Assembly: GCA_018651725.1 (NCBI GenBank)
Contig: JABIDK010000002.1
Coordinates: 36,904-100,903, forward strand
Source of the DNA: Candidatus Falkowbacteria bacterium
Lineage (GTDB): Bacteria > Patescibacteriota > Patescibacteriia > JAACEG01
Reading direction: 5' to 3'
Length of the DNA: 64,000 nt
This document shows, in pieces, positions 28,723 to 38,815 of this stretch (position 1 is its first letter; the number at the start of each line of letters is the position of its first letter). The position numbers and the translations under genes were made by a program. The notes below the pieces were generated by a model. The model did not search any database, was not told where the DNA came from, and worked only from the letters and a program-made list of their open reading frames with translations.

Positions 28723-30598
28723 ATTCTATTATTTCTTTGGTTGAAGTGGTGTTTTCTTCCGGTTCCTTCCCGATTAAACAAACTGCTTGCCAAGGTCTAT
28801 ATCTACTAAACCAAGTTTCTTCGTTTTCCTCTCCCGAGGAGTTGGTTATTTTACGAGTAAACTCTGCATCAGCACCGTTATGAGAACTTTCGGTGCATTT
28901 TTTTTCGCCTGGCTCCAAATCTTCTGTTTCCACGATTTTAGTTGGTCCGGGACTAACTATATTAAAAATTTTTGGCTCTGTTATTTCAACCTCACGCCCG
29001 TCAGATGTTCCCCAAAACTCAAAAGTTAGATTATCTCCTTCTATTTTGGTTTGAATTAAAATATAGTTTCCGGTATCGTTTAAAAATTTCATATCAGGCT
29101 TTGGAATATAAATAGTAGCATCTGTTCCTGCCGGTTCATAATAAGAGACTCGATAAGCGTGTGGTCTGCGTTCTGTGATTGGTAAGCCGGAATCAAGAGC
29201 CACCCGAAAACCAGTCGTGGCAATCTGACAAAGACCACCACCATATTCAGGCACTGTTTTATTCCCTTTTATAACAAGCTCCGGTAAATAACCTGCTTCG
29301 GCATCAATTGTGCCAAGAGCTGAAACTAAAGAGAATTCCTCATCAGATTTAATAAGCAGGCCGTCTAGTGATTCTGCTCCAACTTTTATGTTGTGACGCC
29401 TATTTTGCGGACTGCCTGCAAAACTTGACTCTCCTACTCCCAATAATTCTTTAATCCCTAAATCATTAACAGCTCCAATAGAATTTTTTGCTATGTCTTT
29501 TTCTATTATCATGTTAGCGGTAGAAGAAGCTTGAGCTAAAAATTTATCTTCAATATCAAGCAAAGTTTTATCTATACTTAATTTAACACCATCCCCGCTT
29601 TCTTGAAACTCTAAAACTTTTTCATCTTCAATTTTAAATTTTGCATCCTGGGGCGCAACATTTATTATACTAGCCTCTTCTTCTAAAAATATTTTAATTT
29701 TCTCTTTATCAAATTTTATTTCAGCTTCATCACCTATCACAATCCAATCAATAAACTCTTGATTACTCACAAGCTTCTCCTCTTTACTTGGACAAAAAGA
29801 AACCAAGTTATCATCCAACAAACATTCATACTTTAAAGAAACAGGTGCAACTGACAAAACTTTTTTTACTAAAGGAATCTTGTTTTTTACATCATCTTCT
29901 TTAATGTTTGGATAATCTGTTTTCATGTACATTTGAATAGGCGCAACAGAAAGATTTTTTAAATTATTTTCAGCCCGTTTAATCGACAAATCATAATCAA
30001 AGCTCTTACCAAGTTTTTCAGGTAATACAGTTATCTTAAATTTATTATTTTTAATTTTAATGTCTATTTTAGCGTCTTGACCTGGATCTTCCAGCAAAGA
30101 AAAATTACTAACAAGCACATCGGTCAACTCTTCTTTATTTAACTCAAAATAAACCATTATTTCTTTATTGCTTAAAAAAGCACTTATTCTGTTTTTAATA
30201 TTTAAAAAAATATTTCTCCCCCTACCAAACCTGTAAGCTTCGTTGATTGATTTTTTTAAATTAAAAGAAAAAATTTCCTTAGAAAGCCCCGGGTCTTCCG
30301 TGGCGATAAGCAAAGAACTAACAACAACCTCTTTTTCTTTATACTTAAAAAATAGCCCGTCTTGTATTAATTGATTGCTGGATTTTTCAACTTCTCTAAA
30401 AGCTTCATCAAATGATTTTCCTGACAATTTTATACTGCCAATTTTAACTCCCGGGAAAATTTTATCTTTATAATAAAATTCAAAGGTAAAAAAAGCAGTT
30501 GAACACAAAATCAAAGAAACAAAAAAACCGGTGGCAAAAAAAATAAACCAGCGGCTTTTAAATATTTTAGTAAAAAATTTTAAACTAGTTTTAACCAT
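28721..30598 (-). CDS. VanW-family protein with N-terminal membrane anchor
   Basis: 625 aa; N-terminal TM; C-terminal region with the VanW-type GGGLCQIATTGFRVALDSGLPITERRPH motif. Confidence 0.55.
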   Translation of the reverse strand: MVKTSLKFFTKIFKSRWFIFFATGFFVSLILCSTAFFTFEFYYKDKIFPGVKIGSIKLSGKSFDEAFREVEKSSNQLIQDGLFFKYKEKEVVVSSLLIATEDPGLSKEIFSFNLKKSINEAYRFGRGRNIFLNIKNRISAFLSNKEIMVYFELNKEELTDVLVSNFSLLEDPGQDAKIDIKIKNNKFKITVLPEKLGKSFDYDLSIKRAENNLKNLSVAPIQMYMKTDYPNIKEDDVKNKIPLVKKVLSVAPVSLKYECLLDDNLVSFCPSKEEKLVSNQEFIDWIVIGDEAEIKFDKEKIKIFLEEEASIINVAPQDAKFKIEDEKVLEFQESGDGVKLSIDKTLLDIEDKFLAQASSTANMIIEKDIAKNSIGAVNDLGIKELLGVGESSFAGSPQNRRHNIKVGAESLDGLLIKSDEEFSLVSALGTIDAEAGYLPELVIKGNKTVPEYGGGLCQIATTGFRVALDSGLPITERRPHAYRVSYYEPAGTDATIYIPKPDMKFLNDTGNYILIQTKIEGDNLTFEFWGTSDGREVEITEPKIFNIVSPGPTKIVETEDLEPGEKKCTESSHNGADAEFTRKITNSSGEENEETWFSRYRPWQAVCLIGKEPEENTTSTKEIIE

Positions 30599-30887
30599 TT
30601 TCGTCGGTTTCTAGTAATTTATTTAAAATCTCTTGAGGATTCGGGCCCAAAACATCTATGTTAATCTCCCCTTTTTCTTGCCCAGGAAAATATTTTTCAA
30701 ATTCTTCTTTAGAAATTTTTAAATCCTGCTCTTTAATATGAACTATCACATCCCCTGACTCTTCTTTTTCAATAGAAGCTTTAATTTTTGCAGATCCTTT
30801 CACCTCTTGGTTCTCTATTATTTCATTTTTTTGACTACCCTCCGTCTCTTCCCTCTCGATCATTTTCCCCCAGTCAGCTTCTTTCAT
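30591..30887 (-). CDS. Hypothetical acidic protein
   Basis: 98-aa ORF co-directional with its neighbours, between the hsp20 and VanW genes. No motif recognised. Confidence 0.35.
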   Translation of the reverse strand: MKEADWGKMIEREETEGSQKNEIIENQEVKGSAKIKASIEKEESGDVIVHIKEQDLKISKEEFEKYFPGQEKGEINIDVLGPNPQEILNKLLETDENG

Positions 30888-30894
30888 AATAATT

Positions 30895-31350
30895 TTATTT
30901 ATTTATTTTAATCTTAACACCATGCGAAAATTTGGCCTTAGGAATAATTATCGTCAAAATACCATTCTTTAAGGTGGCCTTTAACTTATCTTCCTTAACT
31001 TTAAACGGCAAAACAATAGAACGGGAAAATTTTCCCCAATAACACTCTTCGCAAAAATGCTCTGTTATTTTTCCGTTCAAACCATTAGCCCGTTTTCCGC
31101 AAATAGTTACTATATCATTATTTAAAGATATGTCAAGATCTTCTGGTTCTACTCCGGCAACAATAGACTTAATAATAATTTCATTGTCTTTTTCATATAC
31201 ATCCACCAAGAGCTGACCTTCTGAGGAGTGTTTTTCTTCTTCAAGAAAATCAGTTTGTTTTGTATCGGAAAACAAAAATAAATCTTTTTTTGAGCTATCT
31301 TTTTTTTCTTCTAAAATTTTGCTTAAAATAATTTTTTTATCTTTTTGCAT
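30895..31350 (-). CDS. Hsp20/alpha-crystallin family small heat-shock protein
   Basis: alpha-crystallin domain: LLVDVYEKDNEIIIKSIVAGVEPEDLDISL...LKNGILTIIIPKAK. Confidence 0.8.
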   Translation of the reverse strand: MQKDKKIILSKILEEKKDSSKKDLFLFSDTKQTDFLEEEKHSSEGQLLVDVYEKDNEIIIKSIVAGVEPEDLDISLNNDIVTICGKRANGLNGKITEHFCEECYWGKFSRSIVLPFKVKEDKLKATLKNGILTIIIPKAKFSHGVKIKINK

Positions 31351-31354
31351 ATAA

Positions 31355-32731
31355 TTATTTTAATTTTTTATTTAAATAATCATTTAGTTCTTTAATTTTT
31401 ACTCTTTTCTGTTTCATTGTATCACGATCACGAATCGTGACATCGTCTTGCTCTAAAGTATCAAAATCTACTGTTAAGCAATAAGGTGTTCCAATCTCAT
31501 CTTGCCGACGGTAGCGCTTGCCAATATTACCGTTATCGTCAAACTCGCACATATATTCTGTTTTTAAATTATCGTAAATCTCGCGTGCTTTTTCAACTAA
31601 CTTTGGTTTATTTTTCAAAAGTGGAAAAATCGCCACCTTAATTGGTGCTAGTTTTTTTGGAAATTTCATAACTATCCGCTCACTTCCATCTTCTAATTTT
31701 TCTTCCGTATAAGCTGATGATAAAGCAACTAATAAACTTCTATCCAAACCAAAAGTAGGCTCTAAAACATGTGGAACAAATCGTTTATTATTTTGTGGAT
31801 CAAAATATTCCAATTTTTTCCCTGACGCTTTAGAATGTTCTTTTAAGTCAAAATCTCCTCGATGAGCTAAGCCAAATAATTCAGCAAAGCCAAAAGGAAA
31901 ATTATACTCAATATCAACGGTTTTTTGGGAATAATGAGAAAGCTTTTCTTTGGCGTGTTCATATCTTCTTATATTTTTATCTTTTGCACCTAGCTCACTG
32001 GCAAAGTCTTCCTGTAATTTTAACCATTCTTCAAATAAATCTTCCCACTTTACTTCAGGGTCTATAAAATATTCAATTTCCATTTGCTCAAATTCACGAA
32101 CCCTAAAAATAAAATTTCGAGCTACAATTTCATTCCGAAATGCTTTACCTATCTGAGCTATACCAAAAGGAATTTTCACTCGCATTGAATCAACTACATT
32201 TTTAAATTCTAAAAATATTGCTCCGGCAGTTTCCGGTCGCAAGTACACATCACCGTCGAAGCTATTCATATTTGTCTTAAACATCATATTAATATTTCGC
32301 ACCTCAGTCCAATCTGATTTTCCACATTCAGGGCATTTTATTTTCTCTTCTTTTAAAATTTTGGTCATTTCTTCCAATTGCCCTTCTAAATCTTTTCCCG
32401 TCGCTTCCTCTACTAAATGATCGGCACGAAATCTTTTCTTACATTTCCTGCAGTCCGCTAATGCATCATTAAATCCTGTTGTATGTCCGGAAGCCTCCCA
32501 AGCTCTTGGATTAAGTAAAATTGGCCCATCAAGCCCGACTATGTCAATTCGCTCCTGCACAAACATTTTCCACCATAAATCTTTTATATTATTTTTAAGC
32601 TCTCTGCCGTAAGGACCATAAGAATAAGAGTTGGCAAACCCTCCGTAAATTTCTGATGACGGAAAAATAAAGCCTCTCCGCTTAGAGAGAGAAACTATCT
32701 TTTCCATTTTATTATTTTTTTCTTTTGCCAT
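31355..32731 (-). CDS. glyQS: Glycyl-tRNA synthetase, alpha2 homodimeric (class II) type
   Basis: GFIFPSSEIYGGFANSYSYGPYGRELKNNI...; class II motifs; 458 aa. Confidence 0.9.
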   Translation of the reverse strand: MAKEKNNKMEKIVSLSKRRGFIFPSSEIYGGFANSYSYGPYGRELKNNIKDLWWKMFVQERIDIVGLDGPILLNPRAWEASGHTTGFNDALADCRKCKKRFRADHLVEEATGKDLEGQLEEMTKILKEEKIKCPECGKSDWTEVRNINMMFKTNMNSFDGDVYLRPETAGAIFLEFKNVVDSMRVKIPFGIAQIGKAFRNEIVARNFIFRVREFEQMEIEYFIDPEVKWEDLFEEWLKLQEDFASELGAKDKNIRRYEHAKEKLSHYSQKTVDIEYNFPFGFAELFGLAHRGDFDLKEHSKASGKKLEYFDPQNNKRFVPHVLEPTFGLDRSLLVALSSAYTEEKLEDGSERIVMKFPKKLAPIKVAIFPLLKNKPKLVEKAREIYDNLKTEYMCEFDDNGNIGKRYRRQDEIGTPYCLTVDFDTLEQDDVTIRDRDTMKQKRVKIKELNDYLNKKLK

Positions 32732-32792
32732 AAAATAAAATTATTAATTTAACTTCATTTTAGCAATAATAATTTTTAAAGTCAAAATTCAT

Positions 32793-32820
32793 TGACAAAA
32801 ATTAAAGAATATGCTATTAT
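32793..32820 (+). promoter_or_regulatory. Promoter (TTGACA-16-TATTAT) for the 3D-domain gene
   Basis: aTTGACAaaaattaaagaatatgcTATTAT. Confidence 0.45.
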
Positions 32821-32843
32821 ATATAGTATAAATGAGACGTATA

Positions 32844-32869
32844 TCCCTTAATCTGTTAAGGGATTTTTT
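32844..32869 (+). promoter_or_regulatory. Leader stem-loop plus U-run between promoter and ATG (attenuator-like)
   Basis: TCCCTTAAtctgTTAAGGGA + TTTTTT, 30 nt upstream of ATG 32900. Confidence 0.4.
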
Positions 32870-32899
32870 ATTGGGAATATCTAAAAATAACCAATTAAT

Positions 32900-33436
32900 A
32901 TGCCTTTCACACTGTTTTACTCAAAAAACCATAAAAATAAACAAAAAAAGCTATTTCAAACAGCGAATTTTATAATTTTGCTATCTTTAATGTTTAATTT
33001 TTCCTTCCCACAAATGACAATAGCGCAAGGTATTGAGGTAAACACTGACGAAATCACAATAATGAATGTATTTTCAGAAGATAAACCAGATCTTAGAACT
33101 TTTGGAGATATTAGAAAAGAAAAAATTATTAACAAAACTGTGATAAAATACACTCGTTATATTCTAGTAACCGCCTACTCTAGCACGGTTGATCAGTGCG
33201 ACAGTACTCCTTTTATTACTGCCAATGGAACAAGAGTCCACGATGGCATTATCGCTGCTAATTCCTTACGATTCGGCACAAAAGTACGTTTCCCGGAGTA
33301 CTCAGGGGGTAAAATATATACTGTAGAAGACCGAATGCACGCCAGATTCAACAAACGAGCCGATATCTGGATGGAAACCAGGCAACAAGCCCAACAATTC
33401 GGTGCCCAATGGCTGAAAATGGAGGTGTTATATTAA
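32900..33436 (+). CDS. Membrane-anchored 3D-domain (MltA/YuiC-like) cell-wall-binding protein
   Basis: N-terminal TM; C-terminal ILVTAYSSTVDQCDSTPFITANGTRVHDGIIAANS...IYTVEDRMHARFNKRADIWM resembles the 3D/double-psi beta-barrel domain. Confidence 0.55.
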   Translation: MPFTLFYSKNHKNKQKKLFQTANFIILLSLMFNFSFPQMTIAQGIEVNTDEITIMNVFSEDKPDLRTFGDIRKEKIINKTVIKYTRYILVTAYSSTVDQCDSTPFITANGTRVHDGIIAANSLRFGTKVRFPEYSGGKIYTVEDRMHARFNKRADIWMETRQQAQQFGAQWLKMEVLY

Positions 33437-33460
33437 AATAAATAATGCTAAATTTATATA

Positions 33461-33492
33461 AATTAAAAATACCGTCAATAATTTGACGGTAT
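33461..33492 (+). terminator. Intrinsic terminator after the 3D-domain gene
   Basis: ATACCGTCAAataatTTGACGGTAT + TTTTT. Confidence 0.6.
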
Positions 33493-33507
33493 TTTTAATT
33501 TAATGGG

Positions 33508-33536
33508 TTTACAAGTCTTCTATTATTTACTACAAT
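33508..33536 (+). promoter_or_regulatory. Promoter (TTTACA-17-TACAAT) for the murA-ispG-ispH-PEGA operon
   Basis: gTTTACAagtcttctattatttacTACAATaaa. Confidence 0.4.
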
Positions 33537-33568
33537 AAAACTACTAAATAACTATTTAAATAAATTTT

Positions 33569-34822
33569 ATGGAACAATACATTATAGAAGGAGGCACGAA
33601 ATTAAGTGGGGAGATACAAGTTAAAGGTGCTAAAAATTCTGCTTTGAAGATTTTGGCGGCTACTGTTTTAACTAAGGGCGAAAATATAATTAGTAATATT
33701 CCACAAATTAATGATATCGGTCAGTTGATTGAAATTATTAAAGACCTTGGAGTTGAGATTAAAAAAGACAAAAAAGACAGTTTAAAAATTTGCGCTAATA
33801 ACATTAATAAAACTCAAATTAATGAAGAGCTTGGGAGAAAACTACGAGCCTCTATTATTTTGGCCGGACCAATTCTGGCTCGCTTTGGTGAAGTTGAAAT
33901 TCCTCATCCGGGCGGATGTTTGATCGGAAAACGCCCTATCGATATATTTATTGATGGATTTAAGGCTCTAGGAGCTAGCTTTGAAGAAAAAGAAAACAGC
34001 TATAAATTTAAAGCAAAAAAATTAAAAGGGACAAATTATTTTTTCTATAAAATCAGCGTTACCGGCACAGAGACAATGATGATGGCCGCGACCTTGGCAG
34101 AAGGAACAACTGTTTTAAAAAATGCTGCCCAAGAACCGGAGATTCTTGCTTTAGCTGAATATTTAAATTCTTGCGGAGCGAAAATAAAAGGAGCCGGAAC
34201 TTCTACTATCATAATTGAAGGGGTTGAAGAATTAACAGCCAATAAAACAAAAATTATTCCGGATCGAATTGAGACCGGAACTTTTGTTGTTATGGGATTA
34301 TTAACTAAAAGTGAGATCAAAATCACAAATTGCAATCCGAGTCACTTGGAAAATTTTCTGATAATGATAAAAAGGGCCGGTGGAAAACTTGAAATAGGAA
34401 AAGACTACATTAAAACTCTTCCAACAGAAAAATTTAAGCCCGTTGATGTTATTACCCATGAATACCCGGGGTTCCCTACAGACCTACAAGCGCCTTTCAC
34501 TCTTCTTATGACCCAAGCCAGTGGAGCCAGTTTAATTCACGAACCAATTTTTGAAGGGCGGTTATTTTTTACAGACAAATTAAACCAAATTGGCGCTGAT
34601 ATTATAATGTGCGATCCGCATCGTGTAATTGTACATGGCCCTACTTTACTCTATGGTAAAACAGTAGACAGCCCTGACTTGCGAGCCGGTGCTACTTTGA
34701 TTTTAGCCGGGCTTATCGCCCAAGGGAAAACCATAATCGGAAACGTTTACCAAATAGAACGAGGATATGAGAATATTGTCGGGAGATTAAATAATCTGGG
34801 AGCACAGATAGAAGCAAATTAA
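33569..34822 (+). CDS. murA: UDP-N-acetylglucosamine 1-carboxyvinyltransferase
   Basis: KLSGEIQVKGAKNSALKILAA; active-site Cys in GGCLIGKRPID; 417 aa. Confidence 0.9.
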   Translation: MEQYIIEGGTKLSGEIQVKGAKNSALKILAATVLTKGENIISNIPQINDIGQLIEIIKDLGVEIKKDKKDSLKICANNINKTQINEELGRKLRASIILAGPILARFGEVEIPHPGGCLIGKRPIDIFIDGFKALGASFEEKENSYKFKAKKLKGTNYFFYKISVTGTETMMMAATLAEGTTVLKNAAQEPEILALAEYLNSCGAKIKGAGTSTIIIEGVEELTANKTKIIPDRIETGTFVVMGLLTKSEIKITNCNPSHLENFLIMIKRAGGKLEIGKDYIKTLPTEKFKPVDVITHEYPGFPTDLQAPFTLLMTQASGASLIHEPIFEGRLFFTDKLNQIGADIIMCDPHRVIVHGPTLLYGKTVDSPDLRAGATLILAGLIAQGKTIIGNVYQIERGYENIVGRLNNLGAQIEAN

Positions 34823-34825
34823 TAT

Positions 34826-35884
34826 ATGAGGATGAAAACCAAAAAAATTAAAGTTGGTTCTTTGTATATTGGAGGCGATGCTCCAGTTTCAATTCAATCA
34901 ATGACTAATACCGATACAGCTGACACGAAAAAAACTGTTGACCAAATAAAAAAATTGATTCAAGCCGGTTGTGAAATTATCCGCGTAGCTGTTCCTAATA
35001 TGGAAGCAGCGAAAAATTTAGGTGAAATTAAATCACAGATAAATATTCCTCTTGTGGCTGATATACATTTTTCCGATGAACTGGCCTTAGAGGCGATCAG
35101 GCAAGGCGTAGATAAACTAAGATTAAATCCCGGAAACATTGCTCCGGAGAAAATAATAAAAGTTGTCACAGAGGCTAAAAGAAAAAATGTACCGATACGA
35201 ATCGGGATTAACGCCGGATCTTTAGAAAAAGATATTTTAAAAAAATACAAAGGAGAAGCAACCGCCGAAGCCATGGTTGCCTCGGCTAAGCGACATATTG
35301 AAATTCTGGAAAAATTAAATTTTAACGATATTATTGTTTCCTTAAAAGCATCAGATATAGAAAGAACGGTTGAAGCCTACAAAATTTTAAGTAAAGAAGT
35401 TGATTACCCAATGCATGTTGGCGTTACCGAGGCCGGAACACTTTTCCGCGGTACAATAATGTCTGCTATTGGAATTGGGCATTTACTGTACAATGGGATT
35501 GGAGATACTATTCGTGTTTCTTTAACAGCCGATCCGATTGAAGAGATAAAAGTTGCTAAAGAAATTCTGCAATCTTTAAATTTAAGAAAAAAAGGAATAA
35601 CTATTACCAGTTGCCCAACTTGCGGGCGATCAAAAATTGACCTAATTACTCTTGCTCAAAAAGTAGAAAAAGCTTTGGAAAATTGTAATAAACAAATTCA
35701 TATCGCTGTTATGGGCTGTGTTGTAAACGGTCCGGGAGAAGCTCGAGAAGCTGATCTAGCTATTATCGGCGGAAAAAAAATAGGGTTAATTTGCAAAAAA
35801 GGAAAAATTATTAAACAAGTTGAGGAAAAAAATTTATTAAAGGAATTCTTAAAAGAAGTAGACAACTATGAAGATAACAATTAG
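34826..35884 (+). CDS. ispG: 4-hydroxy-3-methylbut-2-enyl diphosphate synthase (MEP pathway)
   Basis: IQSMTNTDTADTKKTVDQI...ADIHF; C-terminal Fe-S ligands CPTCGRS...GCVVNGPGEA. Confidence 0.9.
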   Translation: MRMKTKKIKVGSLYIGGDAPVSIQSMTNTDTADTKKTVDQIKKLIQAGCEIIRVAVPNMEAAKNLGEIKSQINIPLVADIHFSDELALEAIRQGVDKLRLNPGNIAPEKIIKVVTEAKRKNVPIRIGINAGSLEKDILKKYKGEATAEAMVASAKRHIEILEKLNFNDIIVSLKASDIERTVEAYKILSKEVDYPMHVGVTEAGTLFRGTIMSAIGIGHLLYNGIGDTIRVSLTADPIEEIKVAKEILQSLNLRKKGITITSCPTCGRSKIDLITLAQKVEKALENCNKQIHIAVMGCVVNGPGEAREADLAIIGGKKIGLICKKGKIIKQVEEKNLLKEFLKEVDNYEDNN

Positions 35885-36713
35885 TAAATTTGCTGGTTTT
35901 TGTTCAGGGGCTAAGAAAGCTTATGAAATCACAACAAACATTGCCAAAGAAAATAATAAAAATTTACATATTCTTGGAGATCTTTTACACAATAAAGATG
36001 TAATTAAAAAAATAGAATCCTTGGGAGTAAAAAAAGTAAAAAAAGTTCAAGATATAAAAAAGGGGCGCATTGTTATCACCGCTCACGGGGATGGTAAAAA
36101 TGTATTTGATGAAGCACAAAACAAAGGAGTGGAAGTCGTTAATACAACCTGCCCTAAAGTTATAAAGATTCAACAGCTGGTTAAAAAATTTCATCGAGAC
36201 AACTTGCCGATAGTCATAGTTGGAGATAAAAATCATAAAGAGGTAAAGGGAATTAACGGTTGGTGTAATAAAAGTGCTGTTATAATTTCTAGATTGGAAG
36301 AAATAAAAAATATTAATTTTGACAAGTTGAAAAATGCTGTAATAGTCAGCCAAACTACACAAAACCTAAAAAAATTTCAGGAAATAGCTAAAGTTCTTCA
36401 AGAAAAAATAAAAAACACAAAAGTATTTAACACTGTTTGCGACGCAACCAGAAATAGGCAGGGGGAGACGAGAAAGATAGCTAAGGAAAACGATGCTGTT
36501 ATTGTAATTGGGGGAGAAAAAAGCGCTAACTCGCAAAAATTATTTGAAATAGCCAAAGAACTTAATCCAAAAACATTTTTTATTGAAAACGCAGAGCAGT
36601 TAAATCTAAAAAATTTCATAAATTTGGAGAAAGTTGCCATAACCGCCGGAGCCTCTACCCCGGATTGGGTAATCCAAGAAACTTATCAAAAACTAAAAAC
36701 CTTAAAAAGTTAA
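35868..36713 (+). CDS. ispH: 4-hydroxy-3-methylbut-2-enyl diphosphate reductase (MEP pathway)
   Basis: GFCSGAKKA; TTCPKV; SQTTQ; NTVCDATRNRQ, the IspH Fe-S and substrate motifs. Overlaps the ispG 3' end by 17 nt. Confidence 0.85.
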   Translation: MKITISKFAGFCSGAKKAYEITTNIAKENNKNLHILGDLLHNKDVIKKIESLGVKKVKKVQDIKKGRIVITAHGDGKNVFDEAQNKGVEVVNTTCPKVIKIQQLVKKFHRDNLPIVIVGDKNHKEVKGINGWCNKSAVIISRLEEIKNINFDKLKNAVIVSQTTQNLKKFQEIAKVLQEKIKNTKVFNTVCDATRNRQGETRKIAKENDAVIVIGGEKSANSQKLFEIAKELNPKTFFIENAEQLNLKNFINLEKVAITAGASTPDWVIQETYQKLKTLKS

Positions 36714-36717
36714 TTAT

Positions 36718-37776
36718 ATGTCTCTAAAAACAAGACGGATTCTATATATATCTTTTATTATATTTTTTATATTGGTATCAGCGGCTACCATTACTTATAC
36801 TGCCGGCTATCGTTTTCATTTTAAAAAATATAAATTCCAAAAAAACGGTGGGATTTTTTTAGAGTTCAAGCCTAAAGAAGTTAATATTTATATAAACAAC
36901 AAACTTGAAGAATTAACCGGTTTCTTTGACAACTCTTTTAAAATTACAGATCTTCTTCCGGGAGAATACACAATAAAAATTACCAAGGATGGGTATTATT
37001 CCTGGGAAAAATTAATAAAAGTTGAAGAAGATAAAATAAATTTTTTGAAAAATATTATACTTTTTAAAAAAAATACTCTGCCAAAGCTGGTAACAGAAAG
37101 AAATATTATTAATTTATATAATGCTACCTCAACTAACAATCAAATTAATAGATTAAAAGAAATACCGGGGCTGAAAGAAATTGATAATGTATTGGATTTT
37201 AAAATTGTTAATAACAAAATATATTTAATACAAAATGAAAATGAAAAATTTATTCTGCAAGAAATAGATAGAAATGATTTTTCAAAAAAAACATTGCTCG
37301 ATAATATTTCTGCGAGTTCTACTTTTCAATTTGCACCAAAACCTTTTTTATTCTTACTTGATGAAAAAGATAATAATTTAATGGTAATAAATACTAAAAG
37401 CCAAGAGATCATACTTCAAGACAAAGCTAAAAATATTCTTTGGACTCAAAAATTAAAATCAGGTAGCTACAAAATAGCTTACAACAATGATTTTGAAATT
37501 TATGTTTATGATCTTTTAAGTAATGAAAAAAATCTTATCGCCCGCTATAGCGAAAAAATAAACGAGATTCTGTGGCATCCGGAATACAATCATTTATTTT
37601 TTGTCTTTAATGATTCAATAAATATAATCGAACTCACAGATGATGAAAAAAATCTCCATACTTTATTTACAGGTGAAGATATTAAAAATATTACCGTAAG
37701 CGATAAAGGGGACAAAATATTTTTTAACGGTAAAATAGGAAACCAAATTGGGCTGTTTGAGTTGGAAATTCTATAA
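36718..37776 (+). CDS. Membrane-anchored PEGA-like domain protein with beta-rich C-terminal domain
   Basis: N-terminal TM; LPGEYTIKITKDGYYSWEKLIKV resembles a PEGA domain; rest N/K-rich and beta-like. Confidence 0.4.
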   Translation: MSLKTRRILYISFIIFFILVSAATITYTAGYRFHFKKYKFQKNGGIFLEFKPKEVNIYINNKLEELTGFFDNSFKITDLLPGEYTIKITKDGYYSWEKLIKVEEDKINFLKNIILFKKNTLPKLVTERNIINLYNATSTNNQINRLKEIPGLKEIDNVLDFKIVNNKIYLIQNENEKFILQEIDRNDFSKKTLLDNISASSTFQFAPKPFLFLLDEKDNNLMVINTKSQEIILQDKAKNILWTQKLKSGSYKIAYNNDFEIYVYDLLSNEKNLIARYSEKINEILWHPEYNHLFFVFNDSINIIELTDDEKNLHTLFTGEDIKNITVSDKGDKIFFNGKIGNQIGLFELEIL

Positions 37777-37784
37777 TCAAAATA

Positions 37785-37831
37785 AAAAATAGCCCCTCCC
37801 TTTACTAGTAAAGGGAGGGGCTATTTTTTAT
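37785..37831. terminator. Bidirectional intrinsic terminator (PEGA-like gene / galU)
   Basis: AAAAAATAGCCCCTCCCTTTActagTAAAGGGAGGGGCTATTTTTT, a 17-bp perfect stem with A/T runs on both sides. Confidence 0.7.
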
Positions 37832-37843
37832 TTTAAAATATTT

Positions 37844-38731
37844 TTATAATTTCAAATCATGCAAATAATCTTTAAAGCTATCTCCTACTTCTTTATGCTT
37901 TAAGGCAAACTCGACATTAGCTTTTAAATATCCAAGCTTATCTCCTGTGTCGTAATATTTCCCCTCATAAACTAAAGCATGCATTTCTTCGTTCTTTATA
38001 TATTCTTTTATTCCTTCGTTAACATAATACTCTCCACCTTTACTTGGTTTTAATTTTTCCAAAAACGGAAAAATATCAGGAGTTAAAATATTTCTCATTC
38101 CGGCGATATAAAGACCGTCCGGAGAAGCTTGCTCTCCTTTGTCCGGATCCGGCTTCTCCACGGAATCTTCTATTTTATACAAATTATCTTTTATTTCTTT
38201 GCCGTAAATGTTACCGTAACGAGATAAAAACTTTCTTTCTTCTCCTTCGGCCTGCTTGACTCCCACAATCGGCTTACCAGTTTCTTTAAAAATATCTATA
38301 AGTTGTTTTGTCACCGGAACTTTAGCGTCAATTACACTGTCAGCATCTGAAAATGCAAACGGTTCATCACCTATAAACTCTTTAGCGGATAAAAGCGCGT
38401 GTGCTGTTCCAAGCGGTGCCCACTGACGAACATAGGCTATTTTTATCTTATCGTGAATTGCTTTAATTTTTTCTAAAAGGTGCATTTTGTTACTTTTCTC
38501 CAAAGTATATTCCAGCTCAAATAATCTATCAAAATGATTTTCAATGGCGATTTTATTTTTATTAACCACGAAAATAATTTCTTTAATTCCACTATCGATC
38601 ATTTCTTCAACAATAAATTCCAAAACAGGTTTATCAACAATCGGCATTAATTCTTTTGGTTGAGCTTTAGTAGCCGGCAAAAACCGAGTACCGAATCCAG
38701 CGGCAATAATAACAGCTTTTTTAACTTGCAT
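37844..38731 (-). CDS. galU: UTP--glucose-1-phosphate uridylyltransferase
   Basis: KAVIIAAGFGTRFLPATKAQPKELMPIVDKPVLEFIVEE; start taken at MQVKKAVI. Confidence 0.85.
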   Translation of the reverse strand: MQVKKAVIIAAGFGTRFLPATKAQPKELMPIVDKPVLEFIVEEMIDSGIKEIIFVVNKNKIAIENHFDRLFELEYTLEKSNKMHLLEKIKAIHDKIKIAYVRQWAPLGTAHALLSAKEFIGDEPFAFSDADSVIDAKVPVTKQLIDIFKETGKPIVGVKQAEGEERKFLSRYGNIYGKEIKDNLYKIEDSVEKPDPDKGEQASPDGLYIAGMRNILTPDIFPFLEKLKPSKGGEYYVNEGIKEYIKNEEMHALVYEGKYYDTGDKLGYLKANVEFALKHKEVGDSFKDYLHDLKL

Positions 38732-38815
38732 ATAGTAATCATTTAAATATATAAGCATTTAAACTTTTAAACAATGGCTAGTCTAAAATATTAAAAGCTT
38801 ATATTTTTATTTATA

